A stretch of 64,000 bases of DNA. Source: Mytilus californianus (taxonomy: Eukaryota). Positions 34,372 through 49,200 of the stretch are shown here, in pieces (positions within the stretch are counted from its first letter, which is position 1; each line of letters begins with the position of its first letter). The DNA lies in the NCBI RefSeq assembly GCF_021869535.1, contig NW_026262604.1:34038001-34102000 (forward strand), given 5' to 3'. The position numbers and the translations under genes were made by a program. The notes below the pieces were generated by a model. That model saw only the letters and a list, made by a program, of their open reading frames with translations. It searched no databases and was not told the origin of the DNA.

Positions 34372-34860
34372 AAGTACATCAAAAACGGTTTGGATGCATT
34401 TTTGTAACAACAGGAAATTGCATCTTGATTCAGAACTCACCTTATACGGAAACCCAATTAAAATGGATGATGAAACCAAATTTCTTGGGTCAGTTTTTGA
34501 TAAAAAGTTAACCTTCTTACCCCATATCAAAATTTTAAAGTAAAGATGTTTAAAAGCATTAGATATTTTTAAAACTTGTCGGCAGCACTGACTGGAGTGC
34601 TGATCGCAACATTTTACTTAATTTATATAGATCTCTAGTTAGATCTAAACTATATTATGGCTCAATAGTGTATGGCTATGAACGGAAGTCCTACGTACAG
34701 ATTCTCGATGCTGTTCATCACCAGAGTTTGCGTCTCTGTCTTGGCGTCTTTAAAACCTCACCAGTTGAGAGTATGTATGTAGAGGCTGATGAGCCCTCAC
34801 TCTCCATCAGACGTTTGAAGCTTAGACTTCAATACGCTGTCAAGCTAAAAGCATATTCAT
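34372..34860 (+). mobile_element. Internal fragment of the same Nimb-type LINE family
   Basis: SKTVWMHFCNNRKLHLDSELTLYGNPIKM...KLKAYS closely parallels the 10.9-14.3 kb ORF, with stops. Confidence 0.9.
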
Positions 34861-34869
34861 ATACACATA

Positions 34870-36440
34870 TATAAAGTAGAAAATCGTCTACTGATTCCGA
34901 AGTTTCTGACATTGAGGATAAAATGTCCAGTAATCACTCTTCATCTGTCACTTCCGACATGGAAGATAACATGTCTGTTAATAGGATTAAAATAAAAAAT
35001 AATCGGAAACCAATTGATAAGGGACTAATGAAATAAAACTAGTAACAAAAGAACATGCACAAAATTTAGTAAGGGCTTTGATAGGTATTATGTAGGTATT
35101 AATTGGCTTTGTAGGTAGGATTCAAATCAGTTAAAATTAATAAAATTATTAAATGTGTGTTAATTTATTACTCATTTTCATATTACAGAATGGCAAGCAT
35201 TGACGAAAATGAAGAAAACCAAGATGTGCTATCGGTTAGCTTGTGGGAAATGTTGCATTTCTTTAGTGTGGCGCAAAATACTACCGTATTGTGAGGCTAA
35301 CTATTTCCGAGAGCATCGCATGGAAAAGTCAAAACAGTTCGTAACAATAAATGAAGAATTTCATGCCATCCAGAATTGAGTAAATCAGTCAAAAACAGTC
35401 ATAATTGACCACTTTTGTGGGTTGCCCATCAAGTTTGAACAAATCATCAAAAGATTGATTGATTGTTGGTTGCTTAACGTCCAGTGGCAAATATTTCATG
35501 CATATTCAGGACGAGAACAAATTAACAATAAATACAATAGATAGGTTCTGTAATAGGGCTTCCGGAATTGAGGTCGGAGAAATTTAGACTGCCACGGGAA
35601 ATGAGGGTATATAGGATAGGGACAGAAATTTAGCCTTGCAACAGGTCACCTACGGACCCCTCAACGAGTTGTTGCAAGGGTTCTTAACGTGCAATGAGCG
35701 TGGCACTCTCTTTAAACGAGGCATCGGATTTAACGTCCCCATTCTGACCGGACGTGGCTGCAAATTTGTACATCCCGCACAGCCAAACGGACGCCCCACT
35801 TTAGCAAGGGTTTTACTGCCGGTCGGAGGAAGACCAATGGTGACCATACTTCTATTCCCCAGTCACCCTTGGGGGGAAATCATCAAAAGAAGGACACGTT
35901 TTGCAGAAAGTCACGATATGCCATGTCTACAACATCCCAGAAAGTGGGCAGTAGGATATTTCAAAGCTATTGGAAGGTAACGACAATACAATTGCTTTGG
36001 CAGTTATTACCAAAATATCGTCTCTTGGATGCAGCCAGACGCATGGATAGGTTACGAAATTTTTAACTTTTAAGAGAATTTGGAGTGACAAAGTGCCACC
36101 GGAAAACATTTGACCCTCGTTTGAACTTTTAAATTAATAAAGACAACGAAAAACTATACTATTATAAGCTATATTTGTATCCTTAATTGTAGGAAGAATC
36201 TGTGATGAAGTGGTTGTGGTTATAACTTTTCTTTTTGGCTTAACCAGCCAATTCATTGTCAAAGAGAATGTCATGTTTCAGAAAATTAAAGAAATTTCAA
36301 CAACCAGGTCAAATTGGCTCATTACTTTTGTCATAGACGTGGATCCTTTTGACTCGTTTCTAAATAAAATAGAACTAGACTTAAACAAGGCTTTTGCCGC
36401 TACACAAAATGTTCACACCATTTCAATGTTCTATACCCCT
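34870..36440 (+). mobile_element. Second env-bearing Gypsy remnant (integrase tail, accessory ORF, env N-terminus)
   Basis: ENVMFQKIKEISTTRSNWLITFVIDVDPFDSF (36210-36440) matches ENVVFDKINSITTTRSNWLVTFVTDLKPFDNF; same layout with acceptors. Confidence 0.75.
35455..35876 (-). mobile_element. SINE, full length
   Basis: TSD AAATCATCAAAAGA at 35441-35454 and 35877-35890. Confidence 0.93.
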
Positions 36441-37189
36441 GACATCTTAACCGCCCCCCCCCCCCCCCCCCCCGAGTATATCTAAAAACAAATCAGGGGG
36501 TGGGGTAAAATTAAATGTTGCATTCTAAATGTTTTTAAAACCGTAACATTTTCTCCAACGCGGATGAATTAAAATTGAACTAGAAATTTACATAAAAACT
36601 TGTTTTTTATTTAAACTGATTTGTAATGCACAAACATAAATATTTGGCAAGGATGCCACTTTATCATTAGGAAGTATTAATATTATCCATTCCGTCAATG
36701 AAACCAAACTGGAAAAGGGTTTAATATTTTGTATATTTATAAAATCTGGATTGCAGATCTTTGATGAAAAAATAACTTTTTTAAAGTATGACGATTTGAA
36801 GCTTGACATAAGGAACAGCTAGGCACCGTTTATAAAAAATATTCCTTTACCTATAGATTTAGATTCTATGCCTTTTGATAGTTTTAAAATAGACCCTTAT
36901 TTGCTCACATCAAGAACAGAGCTCTCTTCCTTTGTTGTTTACTACACATGCAAGCAATTATCTTTATAGACGCAGGTATTACTCCATAATAAAAATGTCG
37001 ACGAAACACCTTTCAATATCGTAAATATTTGATAATCAATACGGATACAGGAATACAGTAGTATCCAATTCACTTTGATACCAAAAAATTCACTCCCATG
37101 ACCATTCAAGAAAGAGGATATCTTGAAAACTCATTGGCGTGTTACATGTTTTGTTTTTGTAATTCAACGAAATTTTCAGACACTCGACC

Positions 37190-37560
37190 GACTTTTCGTC
37201 GTTAACCAACTGTTCCTGTTTCCTGAACTCCTGAACCTAATGGCAAAGGATTATTTCGACCCCGAGAAGTTCATAGAGTTTTACTACTCCCCAGATATGC
37301 TCTGCCCAGTGGCAAATTGTGATTTTGGTTGGAAACCAAATACTCACGACATTGGGAGGAAAGGAACATGTTTTCTGAGCAAAAGATGGAATGTGCCATC
37401 CAACACTGCAACTTATGAGTTATGTTCACGGGGAGATGGACGGTAGAAGAGTAGAGGAATTAATGGTGAAATGCCAAAAAGTAACGGAAACTGGAAAAAG
37501 AATTATAAACCCTGGATTCTTTGTAATTAAGGGGGTGACGCAAAAGAGTGTAGACTTCAA
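37190..37560 (+). pseudogene. Degenerate Cys/His-containing ORF remnant, probably TE-derived
   Basis: LCPVANC...H and CHP...IINPGF pieces in shifting frames after a ttttcag acceptor. Confidence 0.3.
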
Positions 37561-38143
37561 AGCCCACTTCATCGTCACAGTCTAACATCTCCACTGCAAC
37601 TACATCTTCTTCATACACAAGCGCCTGCACAGTAACACAGTAACTTCAATTACTCCAGAAACTACATCTAAATTCCAAGTGACCTTTTCAATTCTGTATG
37701 TTCAAGATTTCAAACTTATAAGTTAGATCTTGATAAATTTAACAAAATGATATACTTTAATTGATGATCTTATGAACTGTCAGAGAAAAATTAATATATC
37801 TACTAACGAAGCCTTCATGTAAAAGGAAAAAATGCATTTTCAATGTGGTGTCGCCTGTTTACAAGGAATCTGGTGAAGGTCAAGGTCGGGAGATTTAGTT
37901 GAATACCACAAAGTACAACAACAGGCAACAACTTACCAGTGAGGAACTCTCCTAAAAGGAGATAAAAATATTTATCCCCGGGATAACTTGAAAACTTAAA
38001 CTATGCAAGTCATGCAACAAAGTAAACAAGTAAGTTCGTGAAGTGAATGGTATACATATGACTAGGCCTACAGTCCTACATACTATGTGAAATGACATAA
38101 ACATGCAATAGATCAACACTCCACCGTTTAACGTTATGTACGG

Positions 38144-38326
38144 CAGTGGCAGATCCATGGGTAGGTGGGGGGGGGGCGTGAGTGCACATACCCCTTTATT
38201 TTGGCGGATCGATGCATTTGTATCAGGACATACGTTTTACCACACACACACCCCCCTTTTCTGCCCTGGGTTATCACCCCCCCCCCCCCCCCCCCCCCCT
38301 TTCAAAAAATCCTGCATCTGCCCCTA
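38144..38326. mobile_element. Short MITE-like element with poly-G/poly-C tracts
   Basis: Termini GGCAGATCCA and TGCATCTGCC (inverted repeat with one mismatch). Confidence 0.55.
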
Positions 38327-39119
38327 AAGTGTACAGATTACACTGTCTGTAATGGGTAACCAAATTGCCAAGTTCACAGTGTGGTTTTTGACGATTGCAA
38401 AGATACTGTTACAACATCATTGTTAATTTTTATTTTGAAACAAGTAGACAACATTGACAAAATAAAAGGGGGTGGGTGATCTGGGTACCCCGGTAGTACC
38501 CTGGGCGATTTGGGTACCCTGACGTTAGGTCTTGGAACGAATAGATTTACATTATTTTGACGATCTTAATTATATTGTGGATGATTGGCACAAAGAGAAA
38601 ACTTATTACATAAATAAGGAGGTGCATTATCATTCATACATTTATACATTAGACCTCCCTTGTGGTATTGTATTCTGTGATGAATAGTTAACCAACCTAA
38701 TTTTTGAAATAGCTGTAATCATGGAATATCATGATCTTATTTAGCTTCAAGAATACTTCTTGCAGCACATTTGTGTAATTTAATATAGGTTTTTAAATAT
38801 TAAAATCAGTTGTTTCTCCCTATATAGAGCAACAGTAGTCAAATAGTGATAAAATATAACCGTTATAATATAAGATTAATCCATCTGTTGGTATATATAT
38901 GTTCTTAAACGATACATTAAACCAATTCTAAAAGACATTTTAGAACCCATGAGGTATATTTGATAATACCATGACAAACAATTATCAATAGTTACTCCAA
39001 CAATTTTTCATAATCAACATTTTCTAACCTACTAACATAGATTTTGATTTACCTTTTTTTATTAACATATTATCATCTTTACACCATTCTGAAATATTAT
39101 CCACATTTGTATTTAAAAT

Positions 39120-39560
39120 AAGAATTATATTACTTATTGATTTAGATGAGTAATGAACCGTAGTATCATCTGCATATATAAGTCATACATGTACATGGAA
39201 TCTTTTAAAGTAAAAAGGTAAATCATTTATATATACAAAGGGAATAAATAAGTACCAATAATACTTTCTTACAAGTGGTATTCCAAAATTACAGGATTTG
39301 GTAGATTCCATGCTATTTATTACAACTATTTGAGATCTTTCAAGTAAATAGGATGTAAAACCTTTAAGTAATAAAGAATCAAGCTTATAAGAGTTTAGTT
39401 TAGTTATTAACATATAATGATTAACCATATCAAATGCCTTTTTTAAATCTAGAAATGTATTCCAGTAAAGTTTCCATTATCCATTTCTTAATATATCTCA
39501 TTAACAATTTTAGTAAGAGCTGTTACATCTAAAACCAGACTGATTTATATGTATTAACTG
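39120..39560 (-). mobile_element. Old CR1/L2-like RT remnant
   Basis: LITKLNSY...FTSYLLERSQIVVIN...GIP...YINDLP. Confidence 0.7.
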
Positions 39561-40213
39561 TGTCCTTCTATATATTTAATTCAATTCAATATTTTATTGG
39601 AAACAGCATAAGTTTCCAGATCATTAATAGATTCCTTGTAAACTGAGACCACTTTCACATAGTATGTAGACCTAGTCATATTTATAGCATTCACCTTCAC
39701 AATCCAACTACAGATATGATAACAATAACATGACATACAACAATTATGGAACACATTTCATGTAATAAACAATCAAACTCATATATAATTTTGCTACATT
39801 GAGGACATTTGAGCATGAAAAATATCTCGTTCACCTAAATTTTCAAGCAAAACTGGCCCCAGGCCACACCCAAATTAGATTCTAATACTATTACAACAAA
39901 AGAAATGAATACCCAAATTAATACATTTTATAGAAAATATACACCTGAATTCAAAGATGAACAACAATATTGACCTGATGATATTGGCACCATATCACAG
40001 TTTGATTACCAATTTACTAAGTAATGTTTGTGTGTGGGGGGTTGAGGGAGGAAAGGGGGGGGGGGTGGGGTGGTGGATGGCAGATTTTGGAAATAAATAT
40101 TGTGGCCAATAAATAATCTTACTGTAGAGCGACCGAAAATAAATTTTGTCCCGAAAAGATCCCAAGAATCAAATGGTCGTCTCCTTATGTACTGAATTTT
40201 TTCTGTTGCAGTA

Positions 40214-43200
40214 ATGGATGATGATACTCCATGGATTCTTCCATGCCTACATGGAACCTTAGTTGATGAGGGTAAAACATTTGTAACAGGATATGTGGAA
40301 TCCAAAGAAGATCTTGACATGGTTATTGAGGCTCACAAGAGAGCCTCCTTGAGCACTTTTGTGTCTTGGTAATATTTATATAACATTAAAAATAAAACTT
40401 TCAAAAACCATATGTATTCTATAGATTTAACATAATTCAATATACACTGATGTCAAGGTGTCTAACATGATGGAAACACCATCACATTGTGACATTCATT
40501 ACCAGTAGAACCGAAAATTGCTAATTTTATTATATAATTTATCCTTGTTTTCTTGTTCTTTTTGTGATAAATAAATACACTATTGAAAAATCAACTGAAT
40601 TCCTTCTTCAACTTATATAGAAATTATTTTCTGTTTCAATGTAAAATTTAGACTTTACCAAAATTTTACATTTTCTTAATCTTGTTTATGATGCATCCCG
40701 ATCACAATGTGATGATTAAAACACTTAAGTGTTCTTTATTTTTAAAAATTGATGTCATTTCATTGAAAAACAAAACAGCCATTCAAAAAGTTTATCACAT
40801 GAATATTAGGAATTTAAATCCTTGTTTATCTGTGTAATCAAAGAAATTTATTTCAATGGTGAATTAATGCAACAAAAAAATGCCACCTATGACTTATTTT
40901 CCCAAATACATGCAATTGCCATTTTGAAAGCCTTTAATCTTACAAACTATGCAGTTTTGTTGTCATGCTGTTAAATAATTCATACTTTTTAAAATCTAGG
41001 TCAGATGACATCAAAAAGAAAGAGAAAGCAGGCAGTAGAAGACTTCTTTGGAAGTACCAGGATATCCAGAGCAATACCCCTTTTGTGGTTGAAAGGAGCA
41101 TTGTCCTTTTGTGCCAGTATGGTCACCCACGGTCTCCTGGAGAAGAGGTTATTAAGTCTGGACATATATTTATAGATTTATCATTAAGCATTTTCACACC
41201 CTGTCAGGCTAGTGGGTGCATATAGTGACGTAGATGACCAATCCTTCCATTTAAGGCTTTAAGGCCATCTATTGTTCACCACTTGCCCAAACAATGGGCT
41301 GAAATTCTATGACACTATCTGAGAATATTTTGTTACATAGTTTAAATATGAATCTGACTAACCACAGCTGTTTCTCCTAACATGAATATCTGTTAAGAAT
41401 TTTCTCTCAAATCAATTCCATTTTTAAATCATTTATAATAAATTTTAACAGTGAGAGGTATAATCTTAAATAACAAAAAGGGTTTTGTGAACAATGCTAA
41501 ATTAATTTTGTGTTTTCCTATATTTTTGTCACATTACTCAGATTGCTTACCATGCTTCATTGTCTTGAGAATAAAATATTTTTTTGTATTTAACTTTTTC
41601 TAATTTCCCCCAATTTACATTGGATTGACCTCAACTCAATTATGTTGTAGACTGAAGTTCAGGAAGGTGACCACAACTATAAGAGGAAACGGTTTAACAT
41701 ACAAAGTAGCAAAAAAGTTGGATGTACTGCCCAACTCTCAATTAAATATATTACAAGGTAAGAAATTTTATGTGTATATATATATATATATACATAAGTA
41801 TATGACATCAGATTCCTGTATATCACAGGAATCTGATGTCATATACTTATGTCTACCAAAATAAAACACAGATACATCAGATTCCATCATATATCACATG
41901 AATCTGATGTCATATACTTATATCTACCAATATAAAACACCAATACACCAGATTCGATCATATATCACAGGAATCTGATGTCATATACTTATATCTACCT
42001 ATATAAAACACCAATACATCAGATTCCACCATACATCACAGGAATCTGATGTCATATACTTATATCTACCTATATAAAACACCAATACATCAGATTCCAC
42101 CATATATCACAGGAATCTGATGTCATATACTTATATCTACCTATATAAAACACCAATACATCAGATTCCATTATATACCACTGGCATCTGATGTCATAAA
42201 CTTATATCTACCAATATAAAACACAAATACACAAGATTCCATTATATATCACAGGAATCTGATGTTATATACTTATATCTACCAATATAAAACACAAATA
42301 CACAAGATTCCATTATATATCACAGGAATCTGATGTTATATACTTATATCTACCTATATAAAACACCAATACATCAGATTCCATTATATACCACTGACAT
42401 CTGATGTCATAAACTTATATCTACCAATATAAAACACAAATACACAAGATTCCATTATATATCACAGGAATCTGATGTTATATACTTATATCTACCAATA
42501 TAAAACACAAATACACAAGATTCCATTATATATCACAGGAATCTGATGTTATATACTTATATCTATCAGTATATAACATAAATACATCAGATTCCATTAT
42601 ATTTCACAGGAATCTGATGTCATATACTTATATCTATCAGTATATAACATTAATACATCAGATTCCATTATATATCACAGGAATCTGATGTTATATACTT
42701 ATATCTACCAATATAAAACACAAATACACAAGATTCCATTATATATCACAGGAATCTGATGTTATATACTTATATCTACCTATATAAAACACCAATACAT
42801 CAGGTTCCATTATATACCACTGGCATCTGATGTCATAAACTTATATCTACCAATACAAAACACAAATACACAAGATTCCATTATATATCACAGGAATCTG
42901 ATGTTATATACTTATATCTACCAATATAAAACACAAATACACAAGATTCCATTATATATCACAGGAATCTGATGTTATATACTAATATCTACCAATATGA
43001 AACACAAATACACAAGATTCCATTATATATCACAGGAATCTGATGTTATATACTTATATCTATCAGTATATAACATTAATACATCAGATTCCATTATATT
43101 TCACAGGAATCTGATGTCATATACTTATATCTATCAGTATATAACATTAATACATCAGATTCCACCATACATCACAGGAATCTGATGTCATATACTTATA

Positions 43201-46200
43201 TCTACCTATATAAAACACCAATACATCAGATTCCACCATATATCACAGGAATCTGATGTCATATACTTATATCTACCTATATAAAAAACCAATACATCAG
43301 AATCCACCATATATCACAGGAATCTGATGTTATATACGTATATCTACCAATATAAAACACAGATACACCAGATTCCATCATATATCACAGGAATCTGATA
43401 TAATATACTTATATCTACCTATATAAAACACCAATACATCAGATTCCACCATATATCATAGGAATCTGATGTTATATACTTATATCTACCAATATAAAAC
43501 ACAGATACATCAGATTCCATCATATATCACAGGAATCTGATTTAATATACTTATATCTACCTATATAAAACACCAATACATCAGATTCCACCATATATCA
43601 CAGGAATCTGATGTTTTATACTTATATCTACCAATATAAAACACCAATACATCCGATTCCACCATATATCACAGGAATCTGATGTCATATACTTATATCT
43701 ATCAATATATAACACCATTACATCAGATTCCATCATATATCACAGGAATCTGATGTCATATACTTATATCTATCAGTATATAACATTAATACATTAGATT
43801 CCATCATATATCACAGGAATCTGATGTCATATACTTATATCTATCAGTATATAACATTAATACATCAGATTCCATTACATTTCACAGGAATCTGATGTTA
43901 TATACTTATATCTACCAATATAAAACATTAATACATCAGATTCCATGATATACCACTGGCATCTGATGTCATATACTTTTATCTACCAATATAAAACATT
44001 AATACACCAGATTCCATTAATAATCACTGGCATCTGATGTCATATACTTATATCTACCAATATATAACACCATTACACCAGATTCTATCATATATCACAG
44101 GAATCTGATGTCATATACTTATATCTATCAATATATAACACCATAACATCAGATTCCATCATATATCACAGGAATCTGATGTCATATACTTATATCTATC
44201 AGTATATAACATTAATACATCAGATTCCATTATATTTCACAGGAATCTGATGTCATATACTTATATCTATCAGTATATAACATTAATACATCAGATTCCA
44301 TTATATTTCACAGGAATCTGATGTCATATACTTATATCTATCAGTATATAACATTAATACATCAGATTCCACCATACATCACAAGAATCTGATGTCATAT
44401 ACTTATATCTACCTATATAAAACACCAATACATCAGATTCCACCATATATCACAGGAATCTGATGTCATATACTTATATCTACCTATATAAAAAACCAAT
44501 ACATCAGATTCCACCATATATCACAGGAATCTGATGTTATATACTTATATCTACCAATATAAAACACAGATACACCAGATTCCATCATATATCACAGGAA
44601 TCTGATTTAATATACTTATATCTACCTATATAAAACACCAATACATCAGATTCCACCATATATCACAGGAATCTGATGTTATATACTTATATCTACCAAT
44701 ATAAAACACAGATACACCAGATTCCATCATATATCACAGGAATCTGATTTAATATACTTATATCTACCTATATAAAACACCAATACATCAGATTCCACCA
44801 TATATCACAGGAATCTGATGTTATATACTTATATCTACCAATATAAAACACAGATACATCAGATTCCATCATATATCACAGGAATCTGATTTAATATACT
44901 TATATCTACCTATATAAAATACCAATACATCAGATTCCACCATATATCACAGAAATCTGATGTTATATACTTATATCTACCAATATAAAACACCAATACA
45001 TCAGATTCCACCATATATCACAGGAATCTGATGTCATATACTTATATCTATCAATATATAACACAATTACATCAGATTCCATCATATATCACAGGAATCT
45101 GATGTCATATACTTATATCTATCAGTATATAACATTAATACATTAGATTCCATCATATATCACAGGAATCTGATGTCATATACTTATATCTATCAGTATA
45201 TAACATTAATACATCAGATTCCATTACATTTCACAGGAATCTGATGTTATATACTTATATCTACCAATATAAAACATTAATACATCAGATTCCATGATAT
45301 ACCACTGGCATCTGATGTCATATACTTTTATCTACCAATATAAAACATTAATACACCAGATTCCATTATAAATCACTGGCATCTGATGTCATATACTTAT
45401 ATTTACCAATATATAACACCATTACACCAGATTCCATTATATATCACAGGAATCTGATGTCATATACTTATATCTATCAATATATAACACCATTACATCA
45501 GATTCCATCATATATCACAGGAATCTGATGTCATATACTTATATCTATCAGTATATAACATTAATACATTAGATTCCATCATATATCACAGGAATCTGAT
45601 GTTATATACTTATATCTATCAGTATATAACATTAATACATCAGATTCCATTATATTTCACAGGAATCTGATGTCATATACTTATATCTATCAGTATATAA
45701 CATTAATACATCAGATTCCATTATATTTCACAGGAATCTTATGTTATATACTTATATCTATCAGTATATAACATTAATACATCAGATTCCATTATATTTC
45801 ACTGGAATCTGAAGTCATATACTTATTACTGATTATATTGTGGCTACCTGAAGAAATTAATATCATAAAAAAGCTGCATTATTAATTATGATATATATTT
45901 CTTCAGGTATCCACAGTATTCAGTAGAGAATTCTGGTCGACATAGAAAAAAGACACAGTTAAACCTGTTAACCGATCATTTAAGAACCCAGAATTCGGCA
46001 TCAGAAACCAGAATTTTTGTAAAGTTACCGCTTAAATCAGCCCATAATAATCACAATATAACTGTTGAAAGTGGATTTGGAAATACAATGCATCCTGAAT
46101 TGAAATCAATTATTAAACAAAATGTTGAAATGGGCCTCACATCAGTCCCATATCTGAGACGTGTTCTACAGCAGCATGTGAAGGGCAACTTATGTTCACC

Positions 46201-49200
46201 AGGGATGGTTGACCCAGCTGAAACCGACAGATCATATTATCCAACCAGTAGGGATATTTATAATTTTATACATCAATACCTGGCAGCTGGATCTTTCTCA
46301 GGCTTTGACCAAGAAAATTTACAACATAAAATTAATGAATGGAGGTCAGCAACATCTGACAAATTTTTCTTTAGGCAATGTTGTGGTGATCAGCCAACCC
46401 CTAAATCTAAAATAAATGTCCAGAAAGTTTTTCTGCCTGATTCAGAGGATGAAGAAGATGAAGAGGACACTATGGATTGCTCAGAAGAAGCCAGCAATGA
46501 GAAAAATACTTTTCTCTTTGTACACCAAACAGAAAATCAAATGAAAATTCTTCAAAAATATGGGAAATTTATACTTATAGATGCTACTTACAAAACTAGC
46601 AAGTATGCACTACCATTGTTTTTAGTTGTCGTCAGAACCAATGTTAATTATGTACCTGTTGGACAATTCATTGTTGAAAGTGAGAATGCAGACAACATAT
46701 CAGAGGCCATAAGAGTTCTAAAACAATGGAATAAGGAATGGCAGCCTGAAGCTTTCATGATGGACTACTCAGATATTGAGTACCAAGCAGTTCATCAGGA
46801 ATTCCCATTGTCAAAGAAATATCTTTGCATTTTTCACATAGAACAGGCATGGCTTCGTTGGACAAAGAAAAGTAAGTAGAGATTCCTGTGATATATGGTT
46901 GAATCTGATGTATTGGTGTTTTATATTGGTAGATATAAGTATATGACATCAGATTCCTGTGATATATGATGGAATCTGATGTATTAATGTTTTATATTGG
47001 TAGATATAAGTATATAACATCAGATTCCTGTGATATATATTGGAATCTGATGTATTGTTGATTTATATTGGTAGATATAAGTATATGACATCAGATTCCT
47101 GTGATATATGGTGGAATCTGATGTATTAATGTTTTATATTGGTAGATATAAGTATATGACATCAGATGCCAGTGGTATATAATGGAATCTGATGTATTGG
47201 TGTTTTATATTGGTACACTGTATATATAAGTATATAACATCAGATGCCAGTGATTTATGATGGAATATGGTGTATTAATGTTTTATATTGGTAGATATAA
47301 GTATATAACATCAGATTCCTGTGATATATGATGAAATTTGATGTATTGGTGTTTTATATTGGTAGATATAAGTATATGACATCAGATTCCAAGGATATAT
47401 GATGGAATCTGGTGTATTAATGTTATATGCTGATAGATATAAGGATATGATATTTTTTATGTCTCCCCCACTTAGTCTGGGAGACATATAAATTTGTTTT
47501 TGGCTTTAAAATACCATAATTTTATGTTGGTTACCAGGATTTTTGTTGGATATTTGTATGCCCTTTGAACTTATAGAAGAACAAGACATGGGTAGACTTA
47601 AGCTTGTGTAGACAAAAACAAACTGTAAATTTGATATTATTTTACTTACAGGAAAATCCAATCTCACAGATGATGAGACATCACAGTTTCTGCTCTTAAT
47701 GAGGGAAATTCTGAGGGCCCCAACTGTACCAGCTTATGAAGATGCTGTGTCAAATTTAAGAAAATCGGAGGTGTATGCCAAAGAGAATGTGAGGACATAC
47801 CTAGATAGGTATTGGCTAAGTATTCCAGAGGTAATGATATTTTAATTATATTTTAGTAGTAAGATTAAGTGGCTGGTGTGATTAGTGCTTTATATACTAT
47901 ACAATGTATTACCATAAAAAGAATGCTATCATATGCCATGTTTAATAAAAAAAATACAAGTACAACCAAATTTCAAATCATTGAAGATTCAGGACATACA
48001 GACTGTGCAGGGGTAATGGTATGGACCAGTGGATTTAGATATCGGCTCCACTGGTCTGTACTAGAAATCTAGGGCACTTCTGATATCCTTAAGTTAGTTG
48101 TCTGACATTCTCAGTAACTATTTATATGTTCATTGTGTTAATTGTGTGTCACTTAAGAAATAATTGCATTTAAAATTTTATTTGCATCATTTATCATCGT
48201 GCCTCTATTGATTTCCTTGAAAATACAAAGTAACATCAGTCAAATTACACAGTTTTTTACTGCTGAGTGAGTGCTGGCATCTGTATAAAGAAATATAGTT
48301 GGCAATGTATAGTTAAAATATATATTAACCAAACAAAAATTTTGGTTAATATATATGTTTAAGAAAACAAAACACTAGCCAAACTATTATGAGTGAAAAT
48401 GTTTCATAAATAGCCTTTTGAAATTGCCTGACCTATATTGTACGTATTACATTTTTGAAGACACAATGGGTAAATAAATAATGTAACACTGTGACTGTCT
48501 TAGTGTTTCAAAATATAAACATGATTTTTTTCAAACAGGGAAAACATTGATTGCAACAATTTACGTGAATGTATATTTTATACAATATATTTTGTAATAC
48601 ATTTTTTTCTATTATTCCTTTTTGCAGAGATGGTGTAGGACATTCATTGATTCTGGTTTTAATTCAATGTTGAGAACTAACAATGGAGTGGAATCCCTTA
48701 ATAGTTCGCTGAAGAATTTCTACACTAAACTAACAGGAACAGGGACAATTACAAATCTAATTGACATAATTGTCAATGATTTCGTGCCTGATCTGATTAA
48801 GTCATTCCGCAGACTTAATTACTGTTGTAGTAGTCAATACAGGCAGTATAACACACACGTACCAGAATACCTTCGTAATCTTCCAAGAAATGTAGTCAAA
48901 CATTGTTTGATCAGGTATGCATCAGCTACTGGCTACTCTAGCGATGATATTGACGAAATTTCCATTGGTGTTCTTTTAGTAGAGTGAAAATGAACCCGAA
49001 CGTCATTATGCAGTCGACTTTGGTTCAGATGATAGATTACCATCATGTTCATGTGATGACTTCCAAAAGTACTTTTTGCCATGCAAACATTATTTTGCTG
49101 TGCTGCGTAACACCCAATATTGTTGGAATGACTTAAGCTCTAGTTATATTCAAAGCCCATATCTACAACTTGATACAGAATTTCTGTCATCAGGAGCATT

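Noticed and set aside
36453-40080. Poly-C/poly-G tracts as functional G-quadruplexes
   Set aside because: Simple homopolymers, partly within a MITE, with no supporting context.
41826-45826. Palindromic regular repeats resembling a CRISPR array
   Set aside because: The spacers are themselves repeated, the context is a eukaryotic intron and there are no cas genes; this is a tandem satellite.
48915-48982. Mini-intron (AG|GTATGC...TTTTAG) that might rescue the transposase frameshift
   Set aside because: Neither available acceptor restores the SWIM-encoding frame from this phase-2 donor.
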